Source: Octopus vulgaris
Taxonomy: Eukaryota
DNA length: 64,000 nt
Reading direction: 5' to 3'
Assembly: GCA_951406725.2 (NCBI GenBank)
Contig: OX597816.1
Coordinates: 16,306,001 to 16,370,000 of the forward strand
The position numbers and the translations under genes are program-made. Shown here piece by piece: positions 1 to 13,869 of the stretch (position 1 is the first letter of the stretch; each line of letters starts with the position of its first letter). The notes beneath the pieces were generated by a model. The model was given only the letters and a program-made list of their open reading frames with translations, was not told the origin of the DNA and searched no databases.

Positions 1-68
1 TCACTGAACGCTATCAGAGGAATACTCAAAGGAAAAAAAGAAAAAATTAAGAACTGTTTCATTGCTGA
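1..68 (+). CDS. Probable penultimate coding exon (5'-truncated by window) of the gene ending at 831
   Basis: Frame 1 is open: SLNAIRGILKGKKEKIKNCFIA, then GA|gtgggt donor at 69. The phase-2 junction fits the acceptor tctag| at 596 and gives ...CFIAD-DSQEDQ... Confidence 0.5.
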
Positions 69-596
69 GTGGGTTCTTTGTAAATTTAATTGTTTTTGCA
101 ATAGTGTGTGTGAGAGTGTGTGCGTGTGTATGTGTTTTATCTTGACCGTAAAAAAAGCTGTTTATGAATATGTATACTCTTACAGTCATAAATATATTTA
201 TTTTTATTGATATTCTTGCAATGACTCTATGTGGTTGAAAAAAACAAATTTGAAAATATCTTGTGTCTTGAAAGAATGTCATACAGTGTCATCTTTGTTT
301 TGTTCTTTTTCCTTATTATTTGCATTAATGTATTTGAAATTTATGCAAATATAACTGGAATTTTATTTTCTACTAAATACAATTTTTTACTTACATCAAA
401 AGCATTTTTGTTTGTTACCTTTATATTTACTCTCATTCCCTATAACCTTGTGACTATAATATCATCCTGACTCTTCATATTATTCCATAGATATGACAGA
501 ATCAGGAATTAATTAAAATCATAACAATACTAATTAATAGCTAATTTTATTTTGCACTGTTTTTGAATATATTTTTCTTTCCTTGATATAGTCTAG

Positions 597-831
597 CGAT
601 TCTCAGGAAGATCAATGCCAGGTACAAACAATATCAGGTAGACATGTCAGCCACAATCAGTTCGGTTCCTATTCAAAGACACCAAATACTCGTCCTGGTA
701 TTTTGAAGACTCCATCCCACTCCATCAGTTCAGTGGACTCTGGCAAAGACAGCATCAAGACAACATCGTTTTCTGACGACATTTCAATTAGAACTATATC
801 TTCAAAAGTATCATATGAATCTTCCGTTTGA
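597..831 (+). CDS. Terminal coding exon: Ser/Thr-rich C-terminal tail ending in a class I PDZ-binding motif (ESSV*); product unidentified
   Basis: Pyrimidine tract atttttctttccttgatatag/tctag (AG at 590-591 and 595-596). Non-repetitive, relatively GC-rich open frame DSQEDQCQVQTISGRHVSHNQFGSYSKTPNTRPGILKTPSHSISSVDSGKDSIKTTSFSDDISIRTISSKVSYESSV, TGA at 829-831. Confidence 0.72.
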
Positions 832-1184
832 TATCTATGACAATAGATCTGCTGACATTTGTGGCTTTGTCTGTTGGAATATGTATGTATGATTGTATGT
901 ATACATGTGTATAGTATGCTTGCATGCATGTGTGTACAAATGTATGTATGACTTACTACAACTATAAAGTGCAAATTTTATCGTTCCCTTTTTCACATTC
1001 CTCATTATATATAAGCATTGCGCATGCTTGATAATTTGTCTTAATTAATGCTATTTTTATTATCATTATTATTATTATTATTTTTATTGCTTGGTCTTAA
1101 AGCGATGGCCATGCTCAAGGCTCTTCACAGACTCTTCAAGCCTGGGTTGGTTGATATTAAATATGCTGTAGTTTTAAGTTTGTA

Positions 1185-1272
1185 TCTGTATGTATCTATA
1201 CACCCATCTCTTTACATATGTGTGTATGTATATATGTGTGTATGTATGTATGTATGTATGCATGCATGTATG

Positions 1273-1303
<31 letters not shown>

Positions 1304-1350
1304 ATGTGTGTGTGTTGTATGTATGTATGTATGTATGTATATATATATAT

Positions 1351-1403
<53 letters not shown>

Positions 1404-1440
1404 TAGATAGATAGATAGATAGATAGACAGATAGAGAGAT
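1185..1440. repeat. Compound microsatellite (TATG)n/(TG)n/(TA)n/(TAGA)n; representative of dozens across the window
   Basis: Directly visible. Similar arrays at ~1620-1710, 5120-5340, 6415-6925, 10750-10860, 13028-13297, 13808-13869, 18920-19025, 21480-21935, 37620-37797, 46480-46538 and 60872-60917. Confidence 0.97.
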
Positions 1441-1652
1441 ATAGGTATACTTGCATATACATATATGTATGGTCATTATCATTTAATGTTTGCCCTCTAT
1501 ACTTCGACATGTTGGGACAATGTCTACTTTTACACGGGTTCAGTGTTTTTTTTTATGATGGGTTCTTTTCCCAACATCATACATACACACACACAGACAT
1601 CTAACTGTCTGTCTATCTAACTATCTATCTATCTATCTATCTATATGTATGC

Positions 1653-1699
<47 letters not shown>

Positions 1700-1822
1700 T
1701 GTATGTATGTAGATGTCTGGTCATTCGTAAACAGAATTCCCAATGAGTCACCTTGGGTAATGTGCAAGAAACAGAAACTCAGGGCAATGAAACAATGAAA
1801 CCTCATTTTCTAAGCTGTCTGT

Positions 1823-1857
<35 letters not shown>

Positions 1858-2023
1858 ATATAAATAATATATAAATATATGCATATATACATACATATAT
1901 GTACATACCTACATATATACATGTATATAAACATGCATATATGGGGACAGGGCATAAAAAAAACGTTGAACACAATGAGAAACGAAAACATGAAAACAAA
2001 AACATTGAAAACGAACTCTATAT

Positions 2024-2090
<67 letters not shown>

Positions 2091-2766
2091 CACACACACA
2101 CATCTTTCAGCTTACACTGGTTTCAACAAGAGACTGAAGCCATGTTGGAGCACTGACTTTCAGTGTTTGAGCTTCTGTACTGATGGCATTATACACCACT
2201 GGTCACAATGTGCTTCCAATTCTGCCATGATTGCACCATTCTCTACTGTTTTGACCCAAATTGCTTAACCAAATTGTCTTCCCATTGTCATATCTATATG
2301 TGTGCGTGTGTGTGTGTCCTCAGGAATTTGAGGTTTCACTGCCCATTGCTCTGAGTTTTACACTTAGCCATTATTCAAATGAAGCAGTGATATATCATTA
2401 TAGAGGTACGCTTCCGACACTTGTAAAAAAAAGTTAAGTCTGCATCATGTACAGAGTACACTGTACCTCTTTTGTTTTCCATACAACGATACAATACACG
2501 CCATCTGACAAACAGACAGACACATATACTCTTGTATGTATGTATTTATATGTATATACTTCGTTTTTGTATCCGATTTGCAAGATTCTTTATGTGAATT
2601 TGCATGTTGAAGTAAATAACAGAGTCAACTTCCATCGACAATATTGCAAAAGCAACGAAAATTTTGAAAGAAAATAATATATAAATAGTAAATGAGTGGA
2701 AATTGAACCAGTGAGTGTGTTAGATAATAAGGCATTAAGACAATATGACTCTCCCTAGACATGACG

Positions 2767-2803
<37 letters not shown>

Positions 2804-2880
2804 GGGAGTATAACTCCAAACTTACAAGGAAAAATTCAATTTAGTATTAAATCAAATTTCACAATATAAATATATAATAT

Positions 2881-3145
2881 ATATAAATTTGAGAAAAACC
2901 ACTATTATATAATTCAAACAATGATAGACATAAACCAAATCATATAGAAAAAATAAGATATATGATAAAACATATATCTAGATCACAAGAAAAGTACAAA
3001 AGTGAATAAACATTATATAATAAGTATGTATTTATTATATAATGGTTATTCTTTTGTACTTTTTTGTGATCTAGATATATGTTTTATAATATATTTTATT
3101 TTTTCTATATGATATGGTTTATGTCTATCATTCTCTAATTTATAT
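2881..3145. repeat. Long near-perfect palindrome in a Penelope-like repeat fragment
   Basis: Arm aatgatagacataaacc...ataataagta (from 2920) is the reverse complement of tatttattatat...ggtttatgtctatcatt (to 3132) with almost no spacer. The flank ttagggagtataactcc...gaaaaattcaattt recurs inverted near 61890-61930. Confidence 0.85.
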
Positions 3146-3165
3146 ATACATACATACATACATAC

Positions 3166-3560
3166 TCTTTTACTCTTTTACTTGTTTCAGTCATTTGACT
3201 GTGGCCATGCTGGAGCACCGCCTTTAATCGAGCAACTCGACCCCGGGTCTTATTCTTTTGTAAGCCCAGTACTTATTCTATCGGTCTCTTTTGCCGAACC
3301 GCTAAGTAACGGGGACATAAACACACCAGCATCGGTTGTCAAGCAATGCTAGGGGGACAAACACACACACGCATATATATTATATATACATATATACGAT
3401 GGGCTTCTTTCAGTTTCTGTCTACCAAATCCACTCACAAGGCTTTGGTCGGCCCGAGGCTATAGTAGAAGACACTTGCCCAAGGTGCCATGCAGTGGGAC
3501 TGAACTCGGAACCATGTGGTTGGTAAACAAGCTACTTACCACACAGCCACTCCTGCACCT
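3166..3560 (-). mobile_element. tRNA-derived SINE family A (~400 bp, CORE-like ccttgggcaagt, internal microsatellite linker, stem-loop tail)
   Basis: Head ggagtggctgtgtggtaag...ggttccgagttcagtccc has A/B-box-like motifs; tail cagtcaaatgactgaaacaagtaaaagag. Many copies in the window. Confidence 0.9.
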
Positions 3561-4289
3561 ATACATACATACATACATACATACATACATACATACATAC
3601 ATACAGTTACTTCACATGAACTGATAGGCATTTGAATTCACACACACACACACACACACACAGACATGTACATGTGCATACACATACACACCAACCAGTG
3701 CCACGTGAAAATACTACCTTCAGAACTGAATTTTTTCTTTTTGTTCTTTTTATCATGTCTATGTATACCAAAGGGTGCAATGCTTTTGTTGGGTTCTTTA
3801 GACTACATATCATCTCAAGCTGGCCTTTTGCAGATGGCTCTGGTTTGATATGTTAGGGAGAAATACACACACTCATTTAAAAATCTCAGGGAAAACTTTA
3901 GTCAACTTTTGTAATCTGTTTCGGTTGTTGGTTGTACAACCAAAGACCTTCACGTGCCAAAGTGTTGTTGTATAGGTTCCTTATGTGAGAAAAGGAGTTT
4001 CATTTTGGTCTCTCCTCTATACCAAAGCTTCAAATTTCATCTTCAAAATAATCTTCCACATATATATATAATGACCAGTTGTTCACTTTGGCATTCTTAA
4101 GAGTTTAGCAGCACTCTCATTAGTTATGCTCTCTGAATTTGCTTATTTATTATCAATACATACATACGTACATAACATACATACATACACACATACATAC
4201 ATACATACATACATACATACATACATACATACATACATACGTACATACGTACGTACGTACATACATACATAAATACATACTTATTTTTT

Positions 4290-4495
4290 TATTTCCCACA
4301 GGGGGCTAAACATAGAGGGGACAAACAAAGGGATTAAGTCGACCCCAGTGCGTAACTGGTACTTAGTTTATCGATCCCGAAAGGATGAAAGGCAAAGTCG
4401 ACCTCAGCAGAAATTGAACTCAGAATGTAACAGCAGATGAAATACCCCTAAGAATTTCGGCCGACATGCTAACAATACTGCCAGCTTGCCACCCT
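4290..4495 (-). mobile_element. SINE family B (MetaSINE-like core gcctttcatcctttcggggtcgataaa..agtaccag)
   Basis: Reverse-complement match to the full copies at 55660-56150. Confidence 0.85.
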
Positions 4496-4639
4496 ATACA
4501 AACATACATACATACAAACAAAAATACCCTGTTGTTGATGTTGAAATTCCAGTGAAGGAGCCTTGGATCTAGGTTAGAAACGGGTCCTTTCTCTATTTCA
4601 AAAAATCTTAAAATAAATTAGATGACATACATACATACG

Positions 4640-4670
<31 letters not shown>

Positions 4671-4711
4671 GTTATCATTTAAATATATGAGCATGTACAG
4701 ATATGCAACTA

Positions 4712-5115
4712 CATGCTGGCATGGGTTGGACAGTTTAACTGGGTTGGCACACTGGAAGGCTGTGCCAGGTTCGCCTGATGTGGCATAGTTTTCGATGGCT
4801 AGATGCCCTTCCTAACACTAACCATTCCGAGAGTGTAATGGGTGCTTTTACATGCCACCGGCACGGGTGCCATTTGTGTGACACCAGTATTTGCCATGAT
4901 TGCGATTTTGCTCAGCTTGATGGGTCTTTTACTCAAGTATGACATAATGCCAAAGGTCTTGGTCATTGCCTCCGTGAGGGCCAACACACGAAAGAACTCA
5001 GGCCACTTAGCTTCCATGAGGCCCAACACTCGAAAGGAACTCAGCTGGCTTACCAGTCCTCAGTCAAACCGTCCAACCCATGCTAGCATGGAAAGCAGAC
5101 GTTAAACGATGATGA
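4712..5115. mobile_element. Repeat family C fragments (RTE-like tail; ttaggaagggcatc motif) in opposite orientations
   Basis: 4712-4860 is a - copy; ~5052-5115 is a + tail ending (GAT)n. Confidence 0.7.
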
Positions 5116-5221
5116 TTTGTGTGTATATATGTATGTGTGTGTGTATATATGTATGTTTATATATGTATGTATACATGTGCATATATATATATGTGTATGT
5201 ATGTATATATATATCTATATA

Positions 5222-5313
<92 letters not shown>

Positions 5314-5545
5314 TACACACAGACACAGACATACACACACTCACACACATGTACTCATTCAAAGCTTCCATTATTGTCATTGCTAAATAGCAAGTGACAG
5401 CTATCTTCCCACTTCAAATTGTCTGTGGTATTGTTAGAAATCTTCTGTTTGTTTATATCAGGACGTGTGAGAAAGTCTTGTTTTCAATATATTACAGTAG
5501 ACGCTCAAAACTATGTATGCACACATATATACACACATCCCTTGC

Positions 5546-5585
<40 letters not shown>

Positions 5586-5738
5586 CACATATCTGTTACT
5601 TATAAATTGTTAAGCAGAGAAGAGGGTGTGTGATCTCAAAAAATGTACGAGACAGCAATATTGGGTTGATGTGGGAGGTTTTATAAATGTTTATGCTTCA
5701 TGTAACTGTGGGATTTCATGGGTGTTTCTGAAAGGACT

Positions 5739-5947
5739 GGCTACATGAAAAAGTTGTAGAAAGTAGGTCACGGTTCACCAGACAAGCTTAATATTCTTAT
5801 CTGAAAATAACTTGGATGGTGGTTTGATGCAAGTCCATCTTTAACGGCATTACATCAAACCAACAGACAGACTGGTTATATTCACTTAGGAATAATATGT
5901 CCATCAGATGACCTCTGACCTACTTTCCACAATCTTCTTATGAAGCC
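5739..5947. mobile_element. Old MITE-like imperfect inverted repeat
   Basis: ggctacatgaaaaagttgtagaaagtaggtcac is roughly three-quarters complementary to ctgacctactttccacaatcttcttatgaagcc. Confidence 0.55.
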
Positions 5948-6415
5948 AATCTCGTCTGGAACTCTCAAAGTTATGTGATTTGTATATCTTTAAAGGAAAA
6001 TTCTCACAGTTACTTATTCAGGAAGCTGTTTACGTTAGTTAATTTGCTTTAATCTTGCTCCTCAGTTCAGCATTCCTCTAATCATTAATCACTAATGCTT
6101 ACACACATGTACACACATTCATACACTCGTGTGCATGCATGAGTGTGTGTGTGTGTGAAGATATATACATGCTCATGCACCCACACACAGAAAAACATGT
6201 ATGTATATCAACAAAAGGATCAAAGGACCTTTCTGAGCCATAGAATCACTACACTTGTTTCCAAGATTCTGCGACATATAAATCCTTCTCTTCCTTGATA
6301 GGACACTGGTCAATTGCAGGATTACTCAATTTTACCTGCTGAGTGGAATGAAGAGTTTTGCTCAAGAACACAACACATCACCTGGCCCAGAAATAAAAAC
6401 CACAATCACCTCTAC

Positions 6416-6467
<52 letters not shown>

Positions 6468-6631
6468 GTCTATCTGACTGCCTGACAGTCTGTTTATCTA
6501 TCTATTTATCTATATATATATGTATGTGTGTGCGTGTGTGTGTGTGTGTGATATATATATATATATATATATGTGTATTGTGTGTGTGTGTATCTATATA
6601 TATATATATGTATTATGTGTGTGTGTGTGTA

Positions 6632-6686
<55 letters not shown>

Positions 6687-6693
6687 GTGTGTG

Positions 6694-6749
<56 letters not shown>

Positions 6750-6765
6750 TATACATATATATGTG

Positions 6766-6800
<35 letters not shown>

Positions 6801-6807
6801 GTATCTC

Positions 6808-6842
<35 letters not shown>

Positions 6843-6924
6843 ATATATACATATATATATATATGTGTGTGTATATATATATATGTATGTATGTATGCAT
6901 GTATGTATATATGCATATATACAT

Positions 6925-7705
6925 ATAGAGAGTGCGGTGAATAAACTGTCATCTAAATTATACAAAAATGAAAATAACACTGACATCTCATTTTAAAAGA
7001 TATTTTTACCAAAACTGCATGGAAATATCTTGAAATACAAAAGAGTAAATTTATGTAATAAAATCACCATTATCTTCAACCATGGTCTCCAGACGACTTC
7101 AGAATCTAATGCGACTCTTCTGGATGGTCTCCTTGTTTAAGTTAGTGATTGATGCCATAATCCTTGCCTTCAGTTCCTCTTTGGTATTACCAGGAGTTTT
7201 GTTGGCTTCTCACTCAACTGCACCCCCAACATAATAATGAAGGGGAGTTAGGTGGCCAAATGTTAGGAGTGATGTGGTTGCAGAAATTGTCTAACAGCCA
7301 TGTCTGGATTCTCCTGCTTGTGTGGCATGGTGCAGAGTCCTGTTACTAGTCATAGGCTCTTCCAGCAGCTACTGTCTTGACCCAGAGCAACACTACCTCC
7401 TCTAGACACTTGATGTAGGCCTCTGTGTTGAGTCTGAGGCCATATGGGAAGATGAATGGAGGAATAACGTCACCATCACTAGTGATTACTCCAAACACCA
7501 TGATGTTGACTGAATGTTTGATTTTTATCACTCTCCGTACATCTCTTCCGATTGCACTGTCCTAAGATTGACACACAAAGACTGAAATTGTTCACATTGG
7601 AGCTACTGGTGTGAATACCAAACAGTACAGCATGTCATTTCCAAATTTATGGCAGAGTGAATTGTTGGTTTTTTTCATAGACAGTGCCCAACTGACCCTA
7701 CTATA
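6925..7705 (-). mobile_element. Degenerate Tc1/mariner transposon remnant
   Basis: - strand translation MVFGVITSDGDVIPPFIFP..LNTEAYIKCLEEVVL.., QDSAPCHTSRRIQTWL, WPPNSP are DDD/E catalytic-domain motifs, interrupted by stops and deletions. Confidence 0.85.
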
Positions 7706-7779
7706 CTGTGTAGTCTACAATATAAGAAACAAACAATGGGCATGTGCAAAATTAAGAATATAAATTGGCGACTATTTAC

Positions 7780-7999
7780 CATTCACATCCTGTATATGTA
7801 TGTATGGTGACCGCGTGTGTACTTTTGGCGATTTTTTTCCCTCCGTCTTCCCTTCCTTGGATCTTTCCTTTTCCTATGTTTCTGACGAAGAGCTCCGCTT
7901 GAAACGTTAAATTCTCCTTCTTTCTTTCCTTTCCTGAGCATCCAATAACACTATACTTGTTCCACATCCTCGCTTTGTTGTGTTTTCATGTTTGGATTA

Positions 8000-8000
<1 letters not shown>
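7780..8000 (+). mobile_element. Penelope-like terminal-repeat fragment carrying a minimal hammerhead-like motif (7878-7913)
   Basis: gttt CTGACGA a gagc tcc gctt GAAAC GTTA, with a palindromic AACGTT stem III as in PLE minimal hammerheads. Confidence 0.6.
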
Positions 8001-8034
<34 letters not shown>

Positions 8035-8049
8035 TTATTTATATATATG

Positions 8050-8475
8050 TGGCTGATGACAGTACTGCCTAATTTGCACCCATGCCCGTGGCACATAAAA
8101 ATCACAATCGAGCATGATTGTTGTAAGTGCTGCCTGACTAGCTTGCATGCCGGTGGCACGTAAAGAGCACCATTTGAGCATGGTCGTTACCAGTGCCACC
8201 TGACTGGCTCCTGTGCCAGTGACATGTAAAAAAAACACCATTCAAGTGTGGCTGATGCCAGTACCACCTGACAGGGCCTCATGCTGGTGGCACGTAAAAA
8301 GCATCCATTACACACTTGCAGTGGTTGGCATTAGGAAGGGCATCCAGCTGTAGAAACTTTGCCAGATCAGATTGAGCCTGGAACAGCCTTCTAAGCTTGC
8401 CAGCCCTCAGTCAAACCATCCAACCCATACCAGCATGGAAAATGGACGTTAAACAATGACAACGATGATGATGAT
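8050..8475 (+). mobile_element. Repeat family C (RTE-like non-autonomous element with internal ~65-70-bp subrepeats)
   Basis: Repeated ggtggcacgtaaaa..cacca units, ttaggaagggcatccagctgtagaaac motif and (GAT)n tail. Other copies at 9695-9997, 13378-13530(-), 22735-22930(-) and 63255-63680. Confidence 0.85.
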
Positions 8476-8594
8476 ATATATAATGTAGATAAACAGATAG
8501 ATACTTGCATACAGATATGTATAAATACATGCACACACACATGTGCTTGTGCATACACACACACATGCACAAATGCACGCACACACACAGATAC

Positions 8595-8627
<33 letters not shown>

Positions 8628-8635
8628 GATAAATG

Positions 8636-8669
<34 letters not shown>

Positions 8670-9529
8670 CAAATTACATAAAAACATGCTATAAATCTTT
8701 ATAAGTTTTTTACACAAAAGAAAGTGTACTCAGTTCATGATGTAGAGTGTATTTTTATTAGGAAATTTATTTATCAGAGTTTTGAGTGATTTGCACTTAG
8801 TCAGTGAACTTTGAGATATATGTGTGTATATGTGTGTGTACATGTGCAAGCATGAGCATATGTATATACAAATGTCTGTGCATGTGTGTGTGTGCATGTG
8901 TGAATGCGTAGGAGTGTATTTGTGTTGTAACGAAAACATTTTTATTATTTTTCTTTTGTTTCCACCAAAGTTTAAAATATCATATTTATCCAATCATATA
9001 AATACATCGTTTGTAAATAAGCATTTTTTAAAAAAGTTCCATTTTTGTTTCTTTGCCATTAACTGAAAACAAAAACAAAAAAAAACAACAACAACACAAA
9101 AACAAATAATAATAATAATAATAATAATACTAATAACAAAAAGATTAAACACTAACATAATTAGTAACTTCCACTTCTATTTCCAGACTGTTTTATATCA
9201 GTATTTCCCAATGAAATCCATTTGAAGATATTTTTACAAAATTTTCATAATTTATATTTTATCAAATGTCTAAAGCATCTGAGATAAACTGTTGTTGATA
9301 GGTTTATAATTATTCAACCAATTAACTTCATCGCTAGAAATGTAATATTTATCATTGTTTACATCTAATAATGGGTGGAATGATTCATCTGTAGTTATTG
9401 CTATTTCCATCCACATTAGCTATAAATAGAGATGTAAGGTTTATCAATATTTGCATATACATCGAATCCAAATTCGTCTCCACACTGGATGTCCTTAGCC
9501 GAATTTATCCATGAATTATGATTACCAGT

Positions 9530-10180
9530 GCAGGTGTGGCTGTGTGGTAAGTAGCTTGCTTGCCAACCACATGGTTCCAGGTTCAGTCCTACTGTGTGAC
9601 ACCTCGGGCAGGTCTCTTCTGCTATTGCCTCAGTCTGACAAAAGACTTGTGAGTGGATTTAGTAGATGGAAACTGAAAGAAGCCCATTATACATGAACAA
9701 AACATTTGAGCAAGGTCGTTGGCAGTGCTGCTGGACTGACTCCTGTGCTGGTGGCACGTAAAAAACACCATTTTGAGCGTGGTTGTTGCCAGTACCGGCT
9801 AATTGGTCCTCGTGCCGGTGGCACGTAAAAGCACCCACTACACTCATGGAGTGGTTGGCGTTAAGCAGGGCATCCAGCTGTAGAAATTCTGCCAGATCAG
9901 ATTGGAGCCTGGTGCAGCCATCTGGTTTGCCAGTCCTCAGTCAAATCATCCAACCCATGCTAGCATAGAAAGTGGACTTTAAATGATGATGATGATGTTT
10001 GTGTGTCTGTGTTTGACGCCCCACCATCGCTTGACAATGGATGTTCGTGTGTTTACATCCTCGTAATGTGGCAGAATAAGTACTGGGCTTACAAAGAATA
10101 AGACCTGGGGTCGATTTCTTCAGCTAAAGGCGGTGCTCCATCATGGCCACAGTCAAGTGACTGAAACAACTGAAAGAATA
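9530..10180 (+). mobile_element. SINE A split by a nested family C copy (~9695-9997)
   Basis: A head at 9530-9690 and A tail at 9998-10180, with C between them at the linker position. Confidence 0.85.
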
Positions 10181-10436
10181 TATATGTATGTATGTATGCA
10201 CGTATATATACACACACATACAAACATATATAAATAAAACTTCTGAATAGCTCTTGCAATTTCTACATTGGACAAAGCATCTCTGATGCTTATTTCACCT
10301 ATGTGTGTGTGTGTTTATGCATGTCTGTAATGTCATCTACATCATAACCTTAAAATGTGCACAGAAACAATTGTTGCAGCTTGGATATATACATACATGT
10401 GTGTGTATGTTTATATATATATATATATATATATTA

Positions 10437-10747
10437 CCGTGATCACCGTGACCGACCAGGCTATCAGATGTTGCTACACATCGCTGGTCACAATGCGCTT
10501 TGCATTGTTTTAGCCTTCAAATGACACCACCATGCTGGCTAAGCGAGCAGGCCAACAGAAGAAAGAGTGAGAGAAAGTTGTGGCGAAAGAGTACAGCAGG
10601 GATCGCCACCATTCCCCTGCCAGAGCCTCATGGAGCTGAGCTTTAGGTGTTTTCGGTCAACAAACACTCACAACGCCCGGTGTGGGAATTGAAACCGCAA
10701 TCCTACAACCGCAAGTCCACTGCCCTAACCACTGAGCCATTGCGCCT
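10437..10747 (-). mobile_element. tRNA-derived SINE family D, short-tail form
   Basis: Reverse complement of ggcgcaatggc.cagtggttagggcag...tttcgattccc head. Sister copies at 40527-40823(-) and 51800-52092(+). Confidence 0.88.
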
Positions 10748-10749
10748 TT

Positions 10750-10864
<115 letters not shown>

Positions 10865-11263
10865 TTATTAGAGACAAAACCACTATTTTGCAAAAATATA
10901 TATATATATATATAAATATATATGCATATTCAAGGTGTGTTAAAAATACATCTACTATGTAACTGAGGTTTCAAATTTTCTGCAAACTTTAAAAAAAAAC
11001 AGGTCAGAAACACTTGAAATATAAGCAATACTTCTTTGTAAGTTATCATATGTTTGTTCTCTTCTTCTTCTTCACACCAACCTACTCTTTAAAATATTCA
11101 AATAATCTTCAACCCACTTCTAATGTACAACAGTTGAGAACAAAAGGAGCACTCAACCAGCTTGTTATTTATAACATTTTCCAAACGAATACATGAAATC
11201 TTGCAGGATTCATTATTGTCCTGTAGTCTTATGTTTATTACTTTTATTTATTTTTGTATGTTT

Positions 11264-11322
<59 letters not shown>

Positions 11323-11609
11323 TGTGTGCGTGCTTTTGCTTTCTTTTTGTTTTCAATTCAAGAACAATAATTATATCTTAGTACTCCACTGTTATGTGTG
11401 TCTCTCTCTTTGCATATATATATATGTATGTGTGTGTATATATACATATGTGTGTGTGTGTAGAATAATGAAGGAAATGAGAAATAAGGATAGTTTCTAA
11501 CAATGCAGAAGGTTTTCAAAAACCTCTATATTTTGGGTGCAAACGCCCATCTTCAGGAGAATATAATGAAATATGTTTACAAAGATCCTGCTATTAGCAG
11601 AAGCATCGA

Positions 11610-12690
11610 ACTATCCAGAATGATAAGGTTGATCATGGGGTGATATGTCACAAGGTATGGACACTTGACATAATAGGAAAACTGGAAGTGTGGTTACACG
11701 ACTTCTTAAAAGACAGAAGCAAGGCTGTGGCAACCAACGGGGCTCTCTCCAAGGAGACAATAATAGTGAGTGGAGTGACTCAGGGAACTATCTTAGGGCT
11801 GCCACTGTTTATGGAGGCTCTTTTGGACATGCCATCAATTGCACAAACAGCCACACTTGCTAGCTATGTCAACGACACAAAAGTAGTACAAGCAGTCAAG
11901 GAACCTTCAAATACTAATCTTCTACAGAAAGATCTGAATGTTATATATATAAATGGGCAGAAGAAAATAACTTTCAATTTAATGCAGAAAATTTCAAGCC
12001 CTCTGCTGTCAGCAAGCAGAAAATTTCAAGCCCTCTACTATAAGCAAGCTTGTACTAACATGCTGCAAAAAAGAAACTTTGGACCAGAAGGAGTAGCAAT
12101 CCCAGAGTCAAGTACAGTGTGTAATCTGCAGATTGATATGAGCAACAATACCTTGTTTCATGTGCATATCACTAAGATGGTAGCAATGTGCAGATGAATG
12201 GCTGAATGGATTCTGAGAACTTTCAGAACAAAGGACCAGGAAACTATTCTAGTACTATGAAGGACATTTGTCTTCAGCCATCTAGACTACCACTCTCAGC
12301 TGTGGTCACCCAACAATGTTTAATAGTGGAACTTGAGGCAGTTCAGCTGTGCTAAACCAGCAATATTGCATTAATGGAACAGCTGAGCTACTAGGAGAGA
12401 CTGAAAGAGCTACGACTCTACTCATTGGAATGATGATGGGAGAGATGTGCAGTGATATACATATGGAAGACCCTGGAGGGGTTGGCACCAAACTTTGGCT
12501 TCAAGAGCAATATAAGTCCCTGAGCTGAATATCATTGCATTGTTCTAAAGGTCCAAGCCATCCCATCTAGTGTGAGAAACATGTACTACAATAGCTTGAG
12601 ATTCAAGGGCCCAATACTTTGCCAAAAATTCTAACAGATCTACATGGAATAGGAGTAGATATTTTCAAGGAATGAATTGACCACTCTCTC
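11610..12690 (+). mobile_element. Degenerate CR1/L2-group LINE, reverse transcriptase and C-terminal region
   Basis: ORF 11640-12197 has KVDHG.ICHK, SGVTQGTILG.PLF and a decayed YADD (SYVNDTK), LQKDL. Downstream frameshifted WILRTF, ELRLYSLE. Confidence 0.9.
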
Positions 12691-13069
12691 TCTCTTTCTA
12701 TGTGTATGTATGTATGTATGTATGTATGTATGTATGTATGTATGTATGTATACACTACACTAATCACATAGAAAGAAAAACATAGCGCTAAATGTTTTTA
12801 ATAGGTAATATCAATAAGATTGCAATTTATCTATTAATTTCATCCTTTGAAATTTTTTTTTTTTAATATATTTACCTCTATTTTCCATTCAGTTTGATCT
12901 CTGATTCATATTTAATGGATGTATGTATATGTGTACATAGTAGCAGAATAGATTTGATCTTGGAACTTTTGATTTCTAAACTAACAGTAAAAGCATTCTT
13001 AACTGCTAAACCACTGATGCATGTGCTCATACATACATACATACATACATACATACATACATACATACA

Positions 13070-13102
<33 letters not shown>

Positions 13103-13157
13103 TACATACATACATTACATACATTACATACATACATTACATACATACATACATACA

Positions 13158-13188
<31 letters not shown>

Positions 13189-13252
13189 CATACATACATA
13201 CATACATTACATACATACATTACATACATACATACATAAATACATACATATA

Positions 13253-13286
<34 letters not shown>

Positions 13287-13806
13287 TACATACATACAAA
13301 AATACCCTGTTGTTGATGTTGAAATTCCAATGAAGGACCCTTCGACACACACACATACACACATGCATATATATATATCATCATCATCATCATCATCATC
13401 GTTTAGTGTCCGCTTTCCATGCTAGCATGGGTTGGACAGTTCAACTGGGGTCTGGGAAGCCAGAAGGCTGCACCAGGCCCAGTCTGATCTGGCAATGTTT
13501 CTACGGCTGGATGCCCTTCCTAACGCCAAAGATATATATATATATATTAATGTTTGTTTTTATAATATAAAAGCAATCTATCATTAATCTGAAGGATTAC
13601 TCAGTATATGTCTTAGAGTACAAATTTATTATTCTTTAACAAGGCATGTATTACTCTCTTTATCTTGACATTACGTGATACTAGTAAACAAACATCACCA
13701 TCATACAAGCAGTGTTCTTAATTTCCAGTCTTCCATAAAACCATGTCTGGCCATAGGGTTTTATCATTCCCCAAAACTTTCGGGCTTTGTGTCTCAAGTA
13801 GAAAAG

Positions 13807-13869
<63 letters not shown>

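Noticed and set aside
669-974. 101-aa - strand ORF
   Set aside because: Antisense shadow of the + strand terminal exon, which has the acceptor site and a meaningful C-terminus.
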